64,000 nucleotides of DNA, from NCBI GenBank assembly GCA_965644295.1, contig CBFFRP010000419.1:124001-188000 (forward strand). Reading direction: 5' to 3'. The position numbers and the translations under genes were made by a program. A model generated the notes under the pieces. It did no database searches and was not told the origin of the DNA. It saw only the letters and a list, made by a program, of their open reading frames with translations. This document shows, piece after piece, positions 25,647-39,040 of this stretch (position 1 is the stretch's first letter; each line of letters begins with the position of its first letter). This DNA comes from Paraphysomonas bandaiensis (taxonomy: Eukaryota; Protista; Chrysophyceae).

Positions 25647-26110
25647 TTTGATTGTAAGGAAACTGTAGGATTAGTGTTGCCGAAAGGAATTTAGAGTGTA
25701 CCTAATCCTTCACTTACATTTTGTGATCAAGTTTCACGAACGTTTTGAATGTTCTAATTTAATAAGTACTTTAGGTGAGAAGTAGGAATTGTTTTGCAGC
25801 CATTTATGTTGACAATATGTTCTACAATGCTATATTGCTGGTGCATGAATCATTAGCAAAACACCTTAATCTCTGACCTCTGACTGTAGAGCAATAACGA
25901 GGTATTCTACCTACCTCAACATATTGTTGATAGAGTATCAGCTGCCCATGTCAACACGAAGTTCTCCCACAGTATGTGTTGCCCAAGAATACTAACAAAC
26001 AACAAACTAACTAGCAATCACACCATTGCAAACATATTTCAATCAATAGATTCTGCTGAAATTACCAATGAGACATATATAATAGCGAATTTATTATCAT
26101 CTTACTATCT

Positions 26111-26437
26111 TTAATCTACTTTAACAGGTTTTTTAGAAGCATTTTCATCACGATCTTCTAACCACGCCATTCTTACGTACAGAGCAATCACGATATTAGC
26201 CGCAACTACAGCAGCAATACCGCACCATCCTAAATAGTCCTTATTTTTCTTAAATACAATAAAATATAAGAAATAGAAGGTAGCTAATGGAGCCAACACC
26301 ATCCATAGAGAGTATCGTATTAACTTTAGCGTAACCACCCTATTCTGAGGAGCCCAAAACCTATATGAGAAATACAGTGATTAGTGTATGCGTGTGTGTG
26401 TTGGGAGATATACGTACACTTCATAGTAGCCTGCCAT
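26111..26437 (-). CDS. VMA21: V-ATPase assembly factor VMA21, 2 exons
   Basis: Two transmembrane helices, AAVVAANIVIALYVRMAW, and a C-terminal K-x-D ER-retrieval-like end. A short exon 1 (MAGYYEV) is joined by a GT-AG intron. Confidence 0.8.
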
Positions 26438-26506
26438 GATGATAGAATTATGACTATAGAAGAGTAAAGAAGAGCAAATGATGAACTAAGAGCTACAACC
26501 GCATGA

Positions 26507-26844
26507 TACATACATACATACATACATACATACATACATACATACATACATACATACATACATACATACATACATACATACATACATACATACATACATA
26601 CATACATACATACATACATACATACATACATACATACATACATACATACATACATACATACATACATACATACATACATACATACATACATACATACATA
26701 CATACATACATACATACATACATACATACATACATACATACATACATACATACATACATACATACATACATACATACATACATACATACATACATACATA
26801 CATACATACATACATACATACATACATACATACATACATACATA
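26507..26844. repeat. (CATA)n microsatellite, ~340 bp
   Basis: Perfect tetranucleotide array. Confidence 0.98.
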
Positions 26845-26926
26845 CTGTACGTGTGTATATGTGTGTATGTGTCGTTGTGTATCCTGCTGTGTAATTCATG
26901 AGTCGTTGTGGAGAGTCTTCTATCAG

Positions 26927-29900
26927 ATGCATCTCACAAAGGCGAATCACATGATACGGTTGCTGATCATTGCATGTCTCTTCTCTCAATGTCAGTCTGG
27001 TTACCATACCTCTGATAAGGTACAGTCTACAGTACTTATCGTAGTATTGTGTATGTATGTACGTATGTATGGTTATGTAGGTTAGTTATGGTAGTCTACG
27101 TATGTGTTGTAGTATGGTATACATCACGCGTGCTGTGGTGCTGTCTGTATGTGTGTATAGTTATGCAGTAGATGACAGCAGGCGTGATGGCGTATAGCCG
27201 GATCAGTGGGGATGATCTGACAGTGTGTTGTGATACTGTCTTACTGTTAGCTCGTTTTATCACTTATCATACACAGAATGAAACAACTTCGTTGAATACA
27301 GCGTACAGTGCTGCTATCGAAAGGATCACTCAGGCAAGGCTGCTGTATCCATCATGAATCAACATGTTGCCCCTGATGTAAAGCCTCACATGTCCTGTAA
27401 TCACCTAACTATCATGAATACCGTACCACGTTCCTTATGCTGTCATATCCTGACACTACGTGGCCTATCATGTAATAGTCTATACAACATAACAGAAAGC
27501 CCGCACTGAAGAGTGCAAGAAAAAGCTAGAAGATGCGTTTGGGTTATTTTGGAATCCCTTGATGTACGAAACGACTTACCCTTTTGAGCGAACAGCATAT
27601 TTCAGTGAATGCAAAAATCCACCCCGATCAGCCCTGGTATGATTGTCCAGCAGTTGGTTGTATTACCATGTTTTCATAGCGAAATGTGTGCAGAATCCTG
27701 TGAAGTTTATCAGCGATAGTCCATATGAGCGCCCTAAACCCGTGAATGTATCTCGCCGGGAGGAGGGTCGACTGAACCCAGCTGATCTCGGTATATTGTA
27801 CGTAATGCTCGTACACTCTTACCCAGAGTTCGCAATTCGTGTTGTGGAGGCTCTGCAGGAGCCAATGCACACATTTGTCTTGCATGTTGACACCAAGGTA
27901 TATTTTGGGTTAAACTGTTGTAGACTGACATCTTCCTGCAGTCCCCAGAGACTTATACGATTCTTTCTAGATATGTATCCGAAACTCGGAACCAAAATGT
28001 ATTTTTACTACCTGATGAACAGCGGGTTTCTGTTGCATGGGGTGGCTTTTCTATCGTCAACGCTACCCTTAATGGTATTGTACAGTTAGCTTACGCGATA
28101 TGTGTAAGATGTGTTTTGTAGGTATGGCTTACGGTATGAAACTGGGGCGGTGGTTTGACTACGTAATTGACCTAAGTGGTACAACGTATCCCATTAAATC
28201 CAATCAGGTGTACTATTACCAGAGGTAGAAATTTTATGCCTGAGGTTATTCATGCAGCATATCAGAGAGTATCTCTCTCGAAATCCCAATGCTATTTACA
28301 ATAATATCAAGCCAGACACCAACCTCCCACCTCCAGGTATGTACTGGTGTTTTTTTCTCTGATCTTTGACCTGTGATTGGACAGAATTGTGGCACTATTA
28401 CGAAGAATGTGATGGGGAAGTGCACCGAATCGCACGCATGACTATGGTATGGTGTTGTACCATTCAGCATTTTGATATTCTCACTTCTTTTTGCCTTCGC
28501 AGGCGAGAGGAATATCTATGCACATAGGTAGTCAATGGTTCGCCATGCCCCGACATGTTGCAGGTACTGTGCTGCAAATGATATTACAAGTGTGATTGTT
28601 TCGTGCGCCTCTGTAGAATGGTTTTTGGTCGACCCGCTACCGTTATCCTATAAAGATTATGCCACCCATGTTGTGGTAGCAGATGAGCACTACTTCTCGA
28701 CGATGCTCAAGAATAGTCCCTTTTGTTCTGACCTGGTACAATATGCATCGAGCTACTTGTTAAGTATTCTAATTACAGTCTATTGTGTGGTGAAGGTGAA
28801 CAAGGATGTGAATTACGTTATATTCTCCAAGTGGGAGCAGGAGCGCGGTAACCTCGCCAAGTGTGTACAGCCTGATCCGTTGCGGTGCGGTCGATCTCCA
28901 GCATATTTTACCCCACTCATTAAGCCTGGATTACTGGTGATTTGCCTTAATTCATGTCTACTGAATTGCCTTATTTGTATATAGATGGCCCAGGCTTTGT
29001 TCGCGCGCAAGTTTAACCCAGATGACCCAGATAGGTGTGTGCGACGATCAGTAAAATTGCATATGACATTTTTCCTTGTGTATCAGTATGCAGCTGGTGT
29101 CGGAGATTGAAGATACAAGACAAGTGGATGCGGATGACCGACGCAGCTACAATGGTGCGAGTAAATTTGTTATTGTGGGTACACATTAATGTGGTAATTC
29201 CAGTGGAGGAAGTTGCCGAGAAAGACAAGAGAGATGCTTTCATGATTGTGGTCAGCGATAGACGCAACGATCAAGCTCAAGGATCTGAGGTCAGACGGGT
29301 TCCCTATATCTCTATACCTGGTTAATAGTCTCTCCTGTAGTTGTTCTGGGGGGCCACGCGGCCGCTACTTTGCCTTTGGCTACCCCCGAAATGGGGGGGA
29401 GAGATACGCGCCGTACCATGCAGTGCAAGTGACCGTAACCAGCATTTTGTAAAAGGTAGGAAATTGTGGATTGCGGTGCTTTATTTCGAATGTCATCATC
29501 TTCTACAGAAAACTGCGTATCCATTGACCCTTTCATTCATACTGCTTCCAACTACACTGAGTGCTCAGATGGCTGCAGAATTGGCCATCTAGATTCTTCC
29601 ATATTTTCTATTTTGGAAGGAAACGCGAATTTAGGGAATACTGAGACATACTGCCAGTACAGGGGAGTATTACCGGGCAAAGAAGTGGAAGGGGCCACAG
29701 AAGCTGATGAGTTTATGTGTTTAGATGTCATGGGACAATCCCTGAAACCTGGGGTGCCAATACTAGGGTACGATTATATACTGCTTAAAATACGCTTTGG
29801 AATATTTTTGTTTTGATATTATGCAACGTAGGTACCCTTGTACGGGGCTCTGGAACCAGTACTTTAGACTTTCATCTGACTGTCACCTGTCCGCGACTCA

Positions 29901-30423
29901 GCCAGATGCTGTGGGAATAGTGCGGGGTAACGTGGACCCGAATAATATTAGTACCAGCACGTTGTGCATGGAGGTGCCAAAGCATTTATTATAAAACCAA
30001 TACTAATTGTACTGTGAGCAGGTTAGTGGAGAAGCTTTCGGTTCATCACCTGCACATGCGGTACAGGGAAAGCCATGTAACTGCACTCGGGACGTTGAAA
30101 GCGGGACACAGACTTTCAAACCATTTAGCATTAGACTTGACATGCCCCGCGATATGTGGGTAACTGGTGGCAGGCTTCACCGCGTAAAGTCAGCTACGTT
30201 GACGGACGAACATTCCTCGCAGCCCACTAAACAGGTACCTCCTTCGAAGGAAGATATTTCTATTGATGCAGAAGGAAAACGTGAGGTAAACACTGAAGCA
30301 AAGGCTTCTAGCGGACGGCTGCGAATGGATGACGACGGTTTCAAAGCAGCTCTGGACAATATACCTGGATTAAAGGATAAAATCAAAGACGCGATAACGG
30401 GTTCTCGAAAAACTGAGCTGTAG
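26927..30423 (+). CDS. GT14 (core-2/I-branching, xylosyltransferase-like) glycosyltransferase with C-terminal ricin-B-like region, many exons
   Basis: Signal peptide; ILYVMLVH, FVLHVDTK, VAWGGFSIV, IDLSGTTYPIKS, ADEHYFSTML and LFARKF motifs; later CLDV...G...C...WNQYF ricin-like pattern. Confidence 0.75.
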
Positions 30424-31244
30424 GATATACAACACATACTGATAACTCATAGTCACAACTAGTATGATAATATATATATGTCTTAGAGGAGTAGTATTTT
30501 CTATTTCATCAATTTTTTAAAACGCTTCCATTCCGTGCTGATATAACTGCACTAATAGGAAAATGATAAATTGTGACATACAGCAATATGTAAAAACCCG
30601 CATAATCTAGGTAGAAAACTAAAATAGAGATATGCCTACTTGGAATGCTTATTCTGCTGATATATAGTAACTTACAGTAAAGATAATAACTCGACATACA
30701 TATTAACCTTTTAATTAAGACTGCTAATGTTATCCAGTACTAAAAATTCTTGTGCTACCTTTTGTCATCATTCATTGCTACTTGTTACACAAATTCAACG
30801 ATTCAATAATTCACAGTCTTAAACTCTTATCATTTCACATATCAGTGAATATCTTTCAGTTTATTCAAAACTTCATTCCGCAGGGGAAAGGATTCTCTCT
30901 CTGGGAGAAACTAACGTGAGCCGCATATAATATAGTCAGTAGATATTGTTCTGCCTACTTACAGCCAAATGCTTGTGTGCTTGTGTGGTACAAGGGACAC
31001 CTATAAGTGTGTCTCTTGAGTAGACGTTTTGGGCCCTGATCAACAATCAGGTATCCGGAAATGGGCCCACCTCAAGGGCATCCGGGACAGGACCCACCTG
31101 AAAGGTAACCGGGGTATTGGGCTGCCTACTGAACTTAAGCATCCCGGATGTTCACCTTAAGGACTCAACAACCCTGAAGTCAGTAGATGTCAGGTCAACA
31201 TTCTGCTTGCTCACTGTGATTGCTTGGAGTGATAGAGCGGAGAT

Positions 31245-31428
31245 GGCTGCACATTTGTGCTCGCGGCGATGCACAAGCAGCTTCCGTAGCGTTAAATAGT
31301 AGGATAATAGAGTTTGTTCTACTAGTTAGTTAGAGGCAGACGTCTATCTAGCTTGAGTAGTTTTCACCTAGCTACTAAGCTGGCACGGATTCTTGACACC
31401 TATCGCTAATAATAAGACTTTCAATAAT
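31245..31428. repeat. Dispersed repeat, copy B (inverted relative to 790-972)
   Basis: 50/52-nt core identity with the reverse complement of 908-959. Confidence 0.75.
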
Positions 31429-31834
31429 ATATAATTTAAAACCTTATTCAATCAAAATAGAAATACTTAACAAATAAATACAGTATATTGTATTTTTTAG
31501 ATATGCATTTCAGCTTGTATTCCAACTATCTCTCACACTCGTTAAATATAAATATTCTCTGTCAATTAATATTTCTTCACTCTTTCACCGGAAATACACA
31601 TGATACTAATTGATACTTTGATAGTAAATAAAAAGTCACTTTTACTACCCGAATTCATATTACATATTTATTGTACTATTTTATTACGATTCGTACACAG
31701 TAGTGGTATGCCATAATATTATTATTTAATTAAACATAACATACGACACAAAAAATACCGACATATTATCACTGAGAACCACAATAAGAAAAGTGATACT
31801 ATATTATCATCGCACAAAAAATTCAAAAGTCCTG

Positions 31835-34390
31835 CTACTCAAACAATGGCTTACTTGATTTTGGTTTCGCTCTCATACTACGCTCTGCTGGGCTCATTCT
31901 ACCAGAAAGAAGAGGAGCGTCTTTAACCTCGGAGAGACGGCACAGTGCCTCTACAAAATCATGATTCTCTTTGATTCGGTCGTCTTTAATACGTTTCCAG
32001 TATTGCTCAGGAGTTTCCCCAGGTTCAAGCTTCGACTCAATATCGACGTCTGATAACACTTTCTTATTGGCCGGAAACATATCCACAGCAGTCAACTTCT
32101 TTGTTTCATTCTTCGAACCTGATACATACACATCTGCGGTCTCTCCTGGAGTGATCATGTCATAGTACAGGGCCATATTCTTCGAAGTCGGGGAAAAGTG
32201 ACCATCCCTTCCGACAACCATAATATTTCCTTTCTTATCCACGCGAAACTTTGAGTGATTGTAGCCATCAACCTCTAGAAAAGTTTTCTTGTCATCCTTA
32301 GGCTTAGGTTTACTCGCTGCACACATCGGGGAAGATCCGGACACGGTATCGTCAGTGGTAATTACATTTAACACAGTTTTCTGCTGATCTCCTGAAGCAC
32401 CATTTTTAGGAGAAATTGAGCCTGATGGACTCCCTCTATTGTCAAAACTCATGTTCTCCAGGTCGCTAGCCGCATCGTCGAATATAGACTCATCTGCCAG
32501 TGAGGTATTAGTCCCAGCTGCTGTACCGTAGTAAGGTCTCAAAAGCTCCTCGAGGTCCCCATAGCTCTTGGAGTCCATTCGAGACAAGCTACGAAAGTCT
32601 TTCGCAGGGGATCTAACACCAAAGAACTTCCTCCGAAAGTTGTCTATGTCTTCCTCGTTCTCTACTTCTATCTCAGGAGATGGAGAAATGGGAATATTAT
32701 TCACCAAGTTGTAAGGCTCATAAGGAGTTGAACCCGGAGTGACACCTAATATTACGCTCAAGCGGTGTCGTGGTTGTGTCTTGGGCTTGCTAGTATTACT
32801 TTTAATCGATAAGGAATCACCTTCTTCGTCATCTTCGTCATCTTCTTCATCGTTTTCTACATCGATATCTTCATTCGAGAACAGAATATTCGACAACTTG
32901 ATTTCTGAAACATAAACAGACTTCTGAAGAACTGTCAGAGCATTGTTTGAGTTTTTCTTCTTTTGAGACATTAAAATATTTATCGGCGTGCGCTCTGCAC
33001 TAACCAGAATAATCTTTCCTAGGAGGCTTAAGGAGAAGACCCAGCTGCAGCAATAAGAAGCAAAACCATTAGCTACAGCATCGATATGCAATTCACATTC
33101 AAACCTTTGTATATTTTGAATGAATACCTCCCAGGATGTGAGCGGTTCTGTGCTTTCAGTGAGAACACTGGTGCTACAGTAAGACAGACCCATGGTAGCA
33201 TGAGACACGCTTTGTGATTGTGTCAAGTGGGATACAGCAGACTGTTGGGCAGCTGACATTTGGTCAGCATTGTCACCCACACTATCTGACGAAACAGGGG
33301 CTGCGCCGGCGCTATCAGTGGTATAGATAAACTGGTGTCCATGCTTCTCCAGTTCTTTCATTCGAAACGTAACTGCCGCACGCAAATAGTCAAGCGGCAA
33401 GCTCATTGGGTTCACCTACGGTCATTACATGGCAACAGCATTAACTGCAATAAATACTGATAATAAACACCATACATTTTGAATAAGTCGATGTAGATAG
33501 TTCAAATCTTTCAGCAAAATAACTTTCGCGCTTTGGAAGGACGATGTGCCTCCCAATATAACATTCACAAAGCGAAGGAAATGTACTATAACGATGTTGT
33601 CGTGTGTGGAGCGCATACGCTGTCTACACACCGAAGAGAGCTGCTGCAAATTCTTGTGCTGAACCTGGGTACCAGCATGGTAAAGAGCCATTCGTCCCTT
33701 ATACCACACATGCAACTCATCGTCATTTAGGTGAAGAGGTACTCGCACGACAGCTTTCTTTCCCTTCGGAATAGTGAATGGTAGAGTGTACATTTCTAGT
33801 ACATCACGCATCGTTACGCTAATCGCATTTTGCCCTCTAGATAGAGCCTTTTCCCGGGCACGCTTTTCTTTCCTTTTTGCTAATGCTTGTTCCCGCTTAT
33901 CTATATGGGACCGAATAAAACGCTCGTCCCACTCAGGCCTCTCCTTACAATCGAATTGCCCAAACGACAGCATTTTCGTTATATCTTCGGTAAAATTGTA
34001 AACTTTAGTATCCTGTCTCAGCATTCTTCTTCTGGCCTGCTCTTTCTCTTTTTCTCTCTTCTCAGCGAGCTCTCGTGCAATATGCCCAGGAGGAGGGCCA
34101 GTAGATTGAAACTTTAAATCTTCGTGTGATGCGCGTTTCAAAATACGCCGTGTCTTTGAAACAGCTTTATCAGGATTGATTGGTTCAAGAAACCCTGACT
34201 TATGAGTGCCAGTAGACGACTGTCTCCAACCACCACTAGAAGGGGGTCGCTGCTGAGTAATATGAACTGACTCATTACGACGCTTGTTTCCTTGAACCCT
34301 CTCAGGTGCAGATATGGGCCGAATATCAAGATATTTCTTTGCTTTTGGCTCAGGAGCACGCTCAAGATCTCTCAACCATACGTTCTTCAT
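31835..34390 (-). CDS. Uncharacterised protein, 2 large exons
   Basis: 321-aa and 526-aa ORFs separated by a short GT-AG intron near 33416-33473; no family recognised. Confidence 0.7.
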
Positions 34391-36603
34391 AGCTACTTCG
34401 TTATCTCTTCAGTGTTTTACTTATAAATTAGGAATAATTTACTTAAATTTATGGATTTCGTTTCCTGTTCTCAGGAATTGGATTAGAAGTGAATCCCGTC
34501 ACGGAGGGGGTCTACATGGATCGACGGGTTCGAGTGAATACAAATATATGCCACTCTATGGCATGGGAATATAAGGAGAGGTGTGTATATATCTTCTCAG
34601 CTCATACATATATATGTGTGTGTATGTATATGTACATGATGCCTGCACAGCAGCGCTACGTAGATTTCTATACATAACGATGTGTGTACAGTATTCTTCA
34701 TATATAAGGACATGGCATACACCACCGTATGTAGAAATAAGGGTGATATTCGACGAAACGGCTACAATACTCGAGGTTTTTATTATTAGATTACTAAATA
34801 ACATGGTTTTATGGTAAATACCATCATTTTCAGAAGATGTCAATGTAAAAATCCTTCAATATCCCCATATTTATATGTACAAATACGTCTGTTCATAGCA
34901 GTCGTATGTGCAGTCAGCATCTTATTTTTTCGGAAATAAATTGAAGCAAATATACTCTACATTACTACAACACAACTACGGCTGGTATACAGATAATTGT
35001 TGTCTCAATATTAGAGGCATCTTGAACAAAAATATACAAAGGATGCCGATACAGTGCTGAGCAAACCACAAGTGAGTCTGATGTGTCCACATTAAACACT
35101 AAGAACTTCATATAACATCTTATATATGTGTATATTATTCTTCAGAGTATCGTAATTATGTTTGCATGGAGTGTGTTATGGTGCATATAGTTCGTCATTA
35201 CAGTATTACCACGACAGTGATGAAGTAGCTCACTGCCAAGTTGTATCCTAACATCAGAGTGTGTATGTGTGTATGTGTGTATGTGTGTGTTAGACTTATC
35301 TGAAAGATAAACAACATGCACGCTATCTAGTTAACTCATAGATTTATAGCATGAAAATCTAAAAAAATGTATTTTAGTTTCTAAAATATCTCCGTATCGT
35401 GGGATTAGCGGTTTAACAATTCGATCACGAATTTATACGCTTTATCTCTAAAACATGACTTGGTCACTCATTTTTTAACTTTATAATGCTATAAGCAGTT
35501 AAATGCATAATGCATACATCTAGAATTCTGACAATAATATTCCCAAAGTGTACTTACATGAAAGAGTTATAAAAACGAGGAGTATTCATTATATATCTGA
35601 TCTATTAACTAACACAGAGTATATCTTTAGCTAATTGTTAAGACTAGCTATAAATCTTATATCTTTTATTTGTGCTAATGTATATACAGATTTAGAATAA
35701 CTCCCATCATGTATTAAAGAAATAGCTCTACAACTATCATACTCATTTCGAGTGTGTCTTCTAGTGTCGTCATAGCGTTCTCGATTATATCTCCAACTTT
35801 GTGACTAATAGTTGCGATACATGGTTCGTGCGAGAAACCCCATATATATATTGTAAAGGGAGAGGAGGCCCTAGTAGTTGCTTACTGGGCGACTTTGTAG
35901 GATCTCAGCGCTATATGTATTGCTTCGAGAATGTACCATGAGGCCCTGCGGGTCCGACACCATATCCGCGTTGAGTTTGCTGTTAAGAGTGTAACATAAA
36001 CTAATATTATGATGGGGATTATATCAGTGAAATTGTAATATATTGACTATATACTATATATAACGTCGTGTATACCTGAGATCGAATGAAATTGGTTAAT
36101 AGTTAATAGTAGACAGTTTAGTGAATGACAATGAATGCTAAGAGGTGTTGTATGTTGAGTATTTTAATAGTTGAGTATTGAGGGAATACAATGCTCAGTT
36201 TTAAAAATCTACACGTTACCAAGTTTAATCAACACTAGCACTTTACAAGGACACGCCCTCGGAATGGGGCAATTATGTCAAAAGTTGGTAGCCCGCGAAT
36301 GAGCAAGCATTCGGCTCAGCGTGGTGAATATGATGAATTTATCGTCGTCATGTAAGTAAAGCAACAATATAGAGCAAAAGCAAGGTATTTCTAGAATTTT
36401 TATATACCCTAAGGAATGTGACAACTATTATAAACTGTAATCAATAGGAAGTGTGCTGACTATCATCTATCACTCTCTCAATGTAAAGGGTCAGTGATAT
36501 TGTAGTCAGACAGTATCTGGGAATCATCCAAAACTTACCACTAAAACTACGTTAATTCCTGTCTTACTTTGAATCATTCAATATGAAGTGTGCTGATTAC
36601 CAT

Positions 36604-37320
36604 CTAGCATCCTTTCAATATCAACACTAGATGAAGAGTAGCTTCCTCCCCGATACCGTAGTCAGACAGCATTCGGGAATTATCCAAATCTCGACCAGCA
36701 AATATAAGTCTTTGCAATTCGGGTGGAGTTCCTTCCACATCTTGAATTATTTCCTTCAATGATTGCGAACGTGTAAAATAAGTCACAGTAGCATTCTCTG
36801 CCCAATATTTTTCGTCCATACATTTCGCATATCTTGCCTGATACATCATTCTTGTGTCTTTTAAGCGCAGTATCCGTTGTACATTGTGTGCATTATCTGG
36901 AGAATGATGCAGAAATTTAAATTGTTCATCACCGATGACCCTCCGATGAATAGTCTCCGTGTCATTTAAGTATGCTCTTGTGTCCAGAATATGAGTGTGC
37001 CATACTTGATCGATAATTGGCGATGGCGACAAGATGTTGCTGTCAATATCTCGAATAGCGCATTTCAATTCGATAAATCGAATGTATTCTGAAGTTGCTC
37101 CTTCCGCAAAATGAGGATCCCAGTTAAGATCACGACATAACATCCTTGTTAAATGAGGTAAAGTGAATGCATTAATCACATGTATAGGTTGATTTCGTTT
37201 CATATGAGCAGTTGTGTCATCGATTGTCTCTGTTTCAGGGCTATCGTTACCAATACGAATGTTTGGTTCAACGTCCAACGTAAGCACCTTTCCCTTCAAT
37301 GTTTTGACGAACAATCGCAT
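36604..37320 (-). CDS. Ubiquitin-like protein interrupted by a DUF1399/GRDP-like domain
   Basis: [19 protein letters not shown], then an insert containing [20 protein letters not shown], then [36 protein letters not shown]...[11 protein letters not shown]. Confidence 0.85.
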   Translation of the reverse strand: MRLFVKTLKGKVLTLDVEPNIRIGNDSPETETIDDTTAHMKRNQPIHVINAFTLPHLTRMLCRDLNWDPHFAEGATSEYIRFIELKCAIRDIDSNILSPSPIIDQVWHTHILDTRAYLNDTETIHRRVIGDEQFKFLHHSPDNAHNVQRILRLKDTRMMYQARYAKCMDEKYWAENATVTYFTRSQSLKEIIQDVEGTPPELQRLIFAGRDLDNSRMLSDYGIGEEATLHLVLILKGC

Positions 37321-37565
37321 CGTATACTGGTGTTTAATTGAACTTTACAATATGTATCGTCGTTAGTGGTGCTATTTGATATCTCTGTGACAGAGTATGT
37401 ATATGTGTCCTTATTGTCTGCTAGATATGTGTTGATATGCATGTTGCAGTACTGGTACTGGACCATTGCAAAGAAATTTCTTTCAAGTTGTGTGCCCTGT
37501 ACTGGAATAGTGTACTCCGGTACTCTACATATGACTGATATGAGATATCTTGTACAGGAGTATAT

Positions 37566-37632
37566 GTGGATAGAGTGATGAGGTACATGGATAGAGTAGA
37601 GAGGTACATGGATAGAGTAGAGAGGTACATGG
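37566..37632. repeat. Short tandem repeat, 21-bp unit (GAGAGGTACATGGATAGAGTA) x ~3
   Basis: Visible upstream of the ubiquitin-like gene. Confidence 0.8.
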
Positions 37633-38971
37633 TATGTACGACATTCTGTACATTCGTAGTGGATATTAGGGTTTTTTAGTTTCATGGGTGCTAAAAGTGG
37701 CGGTATACTGTTATTGTATGGGGTATTTAGGTAGAAAATCAACACACGTCGAATGCACGAGTGTACGTAGTGCGTGAATTTATTAAGAACTTGGAGTGAA
37801 AGCAATGGAAAGATTTTACACAAGCTCCCGGCCGTCCCTCTGCCTCGGTGTGTGTTTGTCTCTCGGTCTTGTGCAGCCAGTTGTGTAGACCTCCATAGTT
37901 TCTATATATCTATATAGCTACAGTATGTTTATCTCAGGAGTTGCTCTTGTTATGCTGGTATGTATGGTGTGTAGGTTACTGTAGTCATCATGAAAGACCC
38001 TTTTGCTATGCTCAACACCTTTGTGTCAGTTTGTTGCTGTATCATATGCATGATTATGTATGTATGTGAGGGCTGTTTGTTGTATAGAAATCGTGACGCT
38101 TGTTCGACTGTTACAACCAGAAGAGTTCGAAATGCTTGGCATGTGAAGTTTGTCTAATCATATTTTGAATAGTCATTGGTGAGGGCAATGACATACATGT
38201 ATCTCGTTTGCCGGAAAGGATTTTCCGGTATATGGAGAACATTATAAGTCGTTTGACACGTAAGGGTGTGGATTGTCTAATAGAGTTGCAAACATCTTCC
38301 GCTGTAGAGCTATCAGACATTTCAGATCGCAAGGTATGATTGTTTGTGTAATTTACCTACTAACAGGATAAGCCTCATATCCCCCAGTAAAAGAGACAGT
38401 ACTCAGAGGTGGAGTTATATTGAGTTGTGGGTAGAGACAGGTGCAGTTGATTCTTCATCTATTATTACTGGTGAATGTGCCAGCAGTTCAGTTGATTATT
38501 GCTTGTAAGTATTTCAATTAGTCAACGGAACTCTTCACACCTACTGCAGTATTCATCACAAAACGCATCAATAACTCAACTTTAATCGACATGTTTCACC
38601 AGGTTTTGACCGTTTCACCAGGTTTGGTCATCATGGAGAAGATCAAATATACTGCTGAGTTTTCAAATAAAATGTGTTTTATGAGAATATCCGTGATGAT
38701 AATTTGATATTGACTGAATCTATTTAAGAAAATAAATGATAACAACAAAGAGGCTGCAATAGAGACTTGTCCTATAGGAAAAGGAGCTCCACATTTTCCA
38801 TGATTGACCGCTACTTACTTCTATCTAATCTAAGATTGTTATGACGGGTTTGCGCAAAAGCTTGACTCCTCGACATTTTAGAGCTACTTATGATTTTAGG
38901 CATGAATTGTCGCATCTGGAATGAAATGACAGTTGAGGTAGCTATATTGGCAGCAAGTATATTTTAGTACT

Positions 38972-39040
38972 AAATAATTGCAATTATAATTGACTACAAC
39001 CTGCGTCAATTAATTGATATTTAATTGATATGCAGCCCTG
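38972..39040. mobile_element. Terminus (…TGCAGCCCTG) of the CAGGGCTGC element family
   Basis: Reverse-complement terminus with the same AATAATTGCAATTATAATTG subterminal motif as the element at 19357. Confidence 0.5.

Noticed and set aside
26326-27007. ORFs encoding (MYVC)n/(HTYI)n
   Set aside because: Same artefact from the CATA array.
35852-35996. Possible solo LTR (TGTAA...AACA)
   Set aside because: No TSD and no second copy in the window.
37990-38510. Possible decayed spliced gene on the plus strand
   Set aside because: Exon-like composition but with stops and no recognisable homology.
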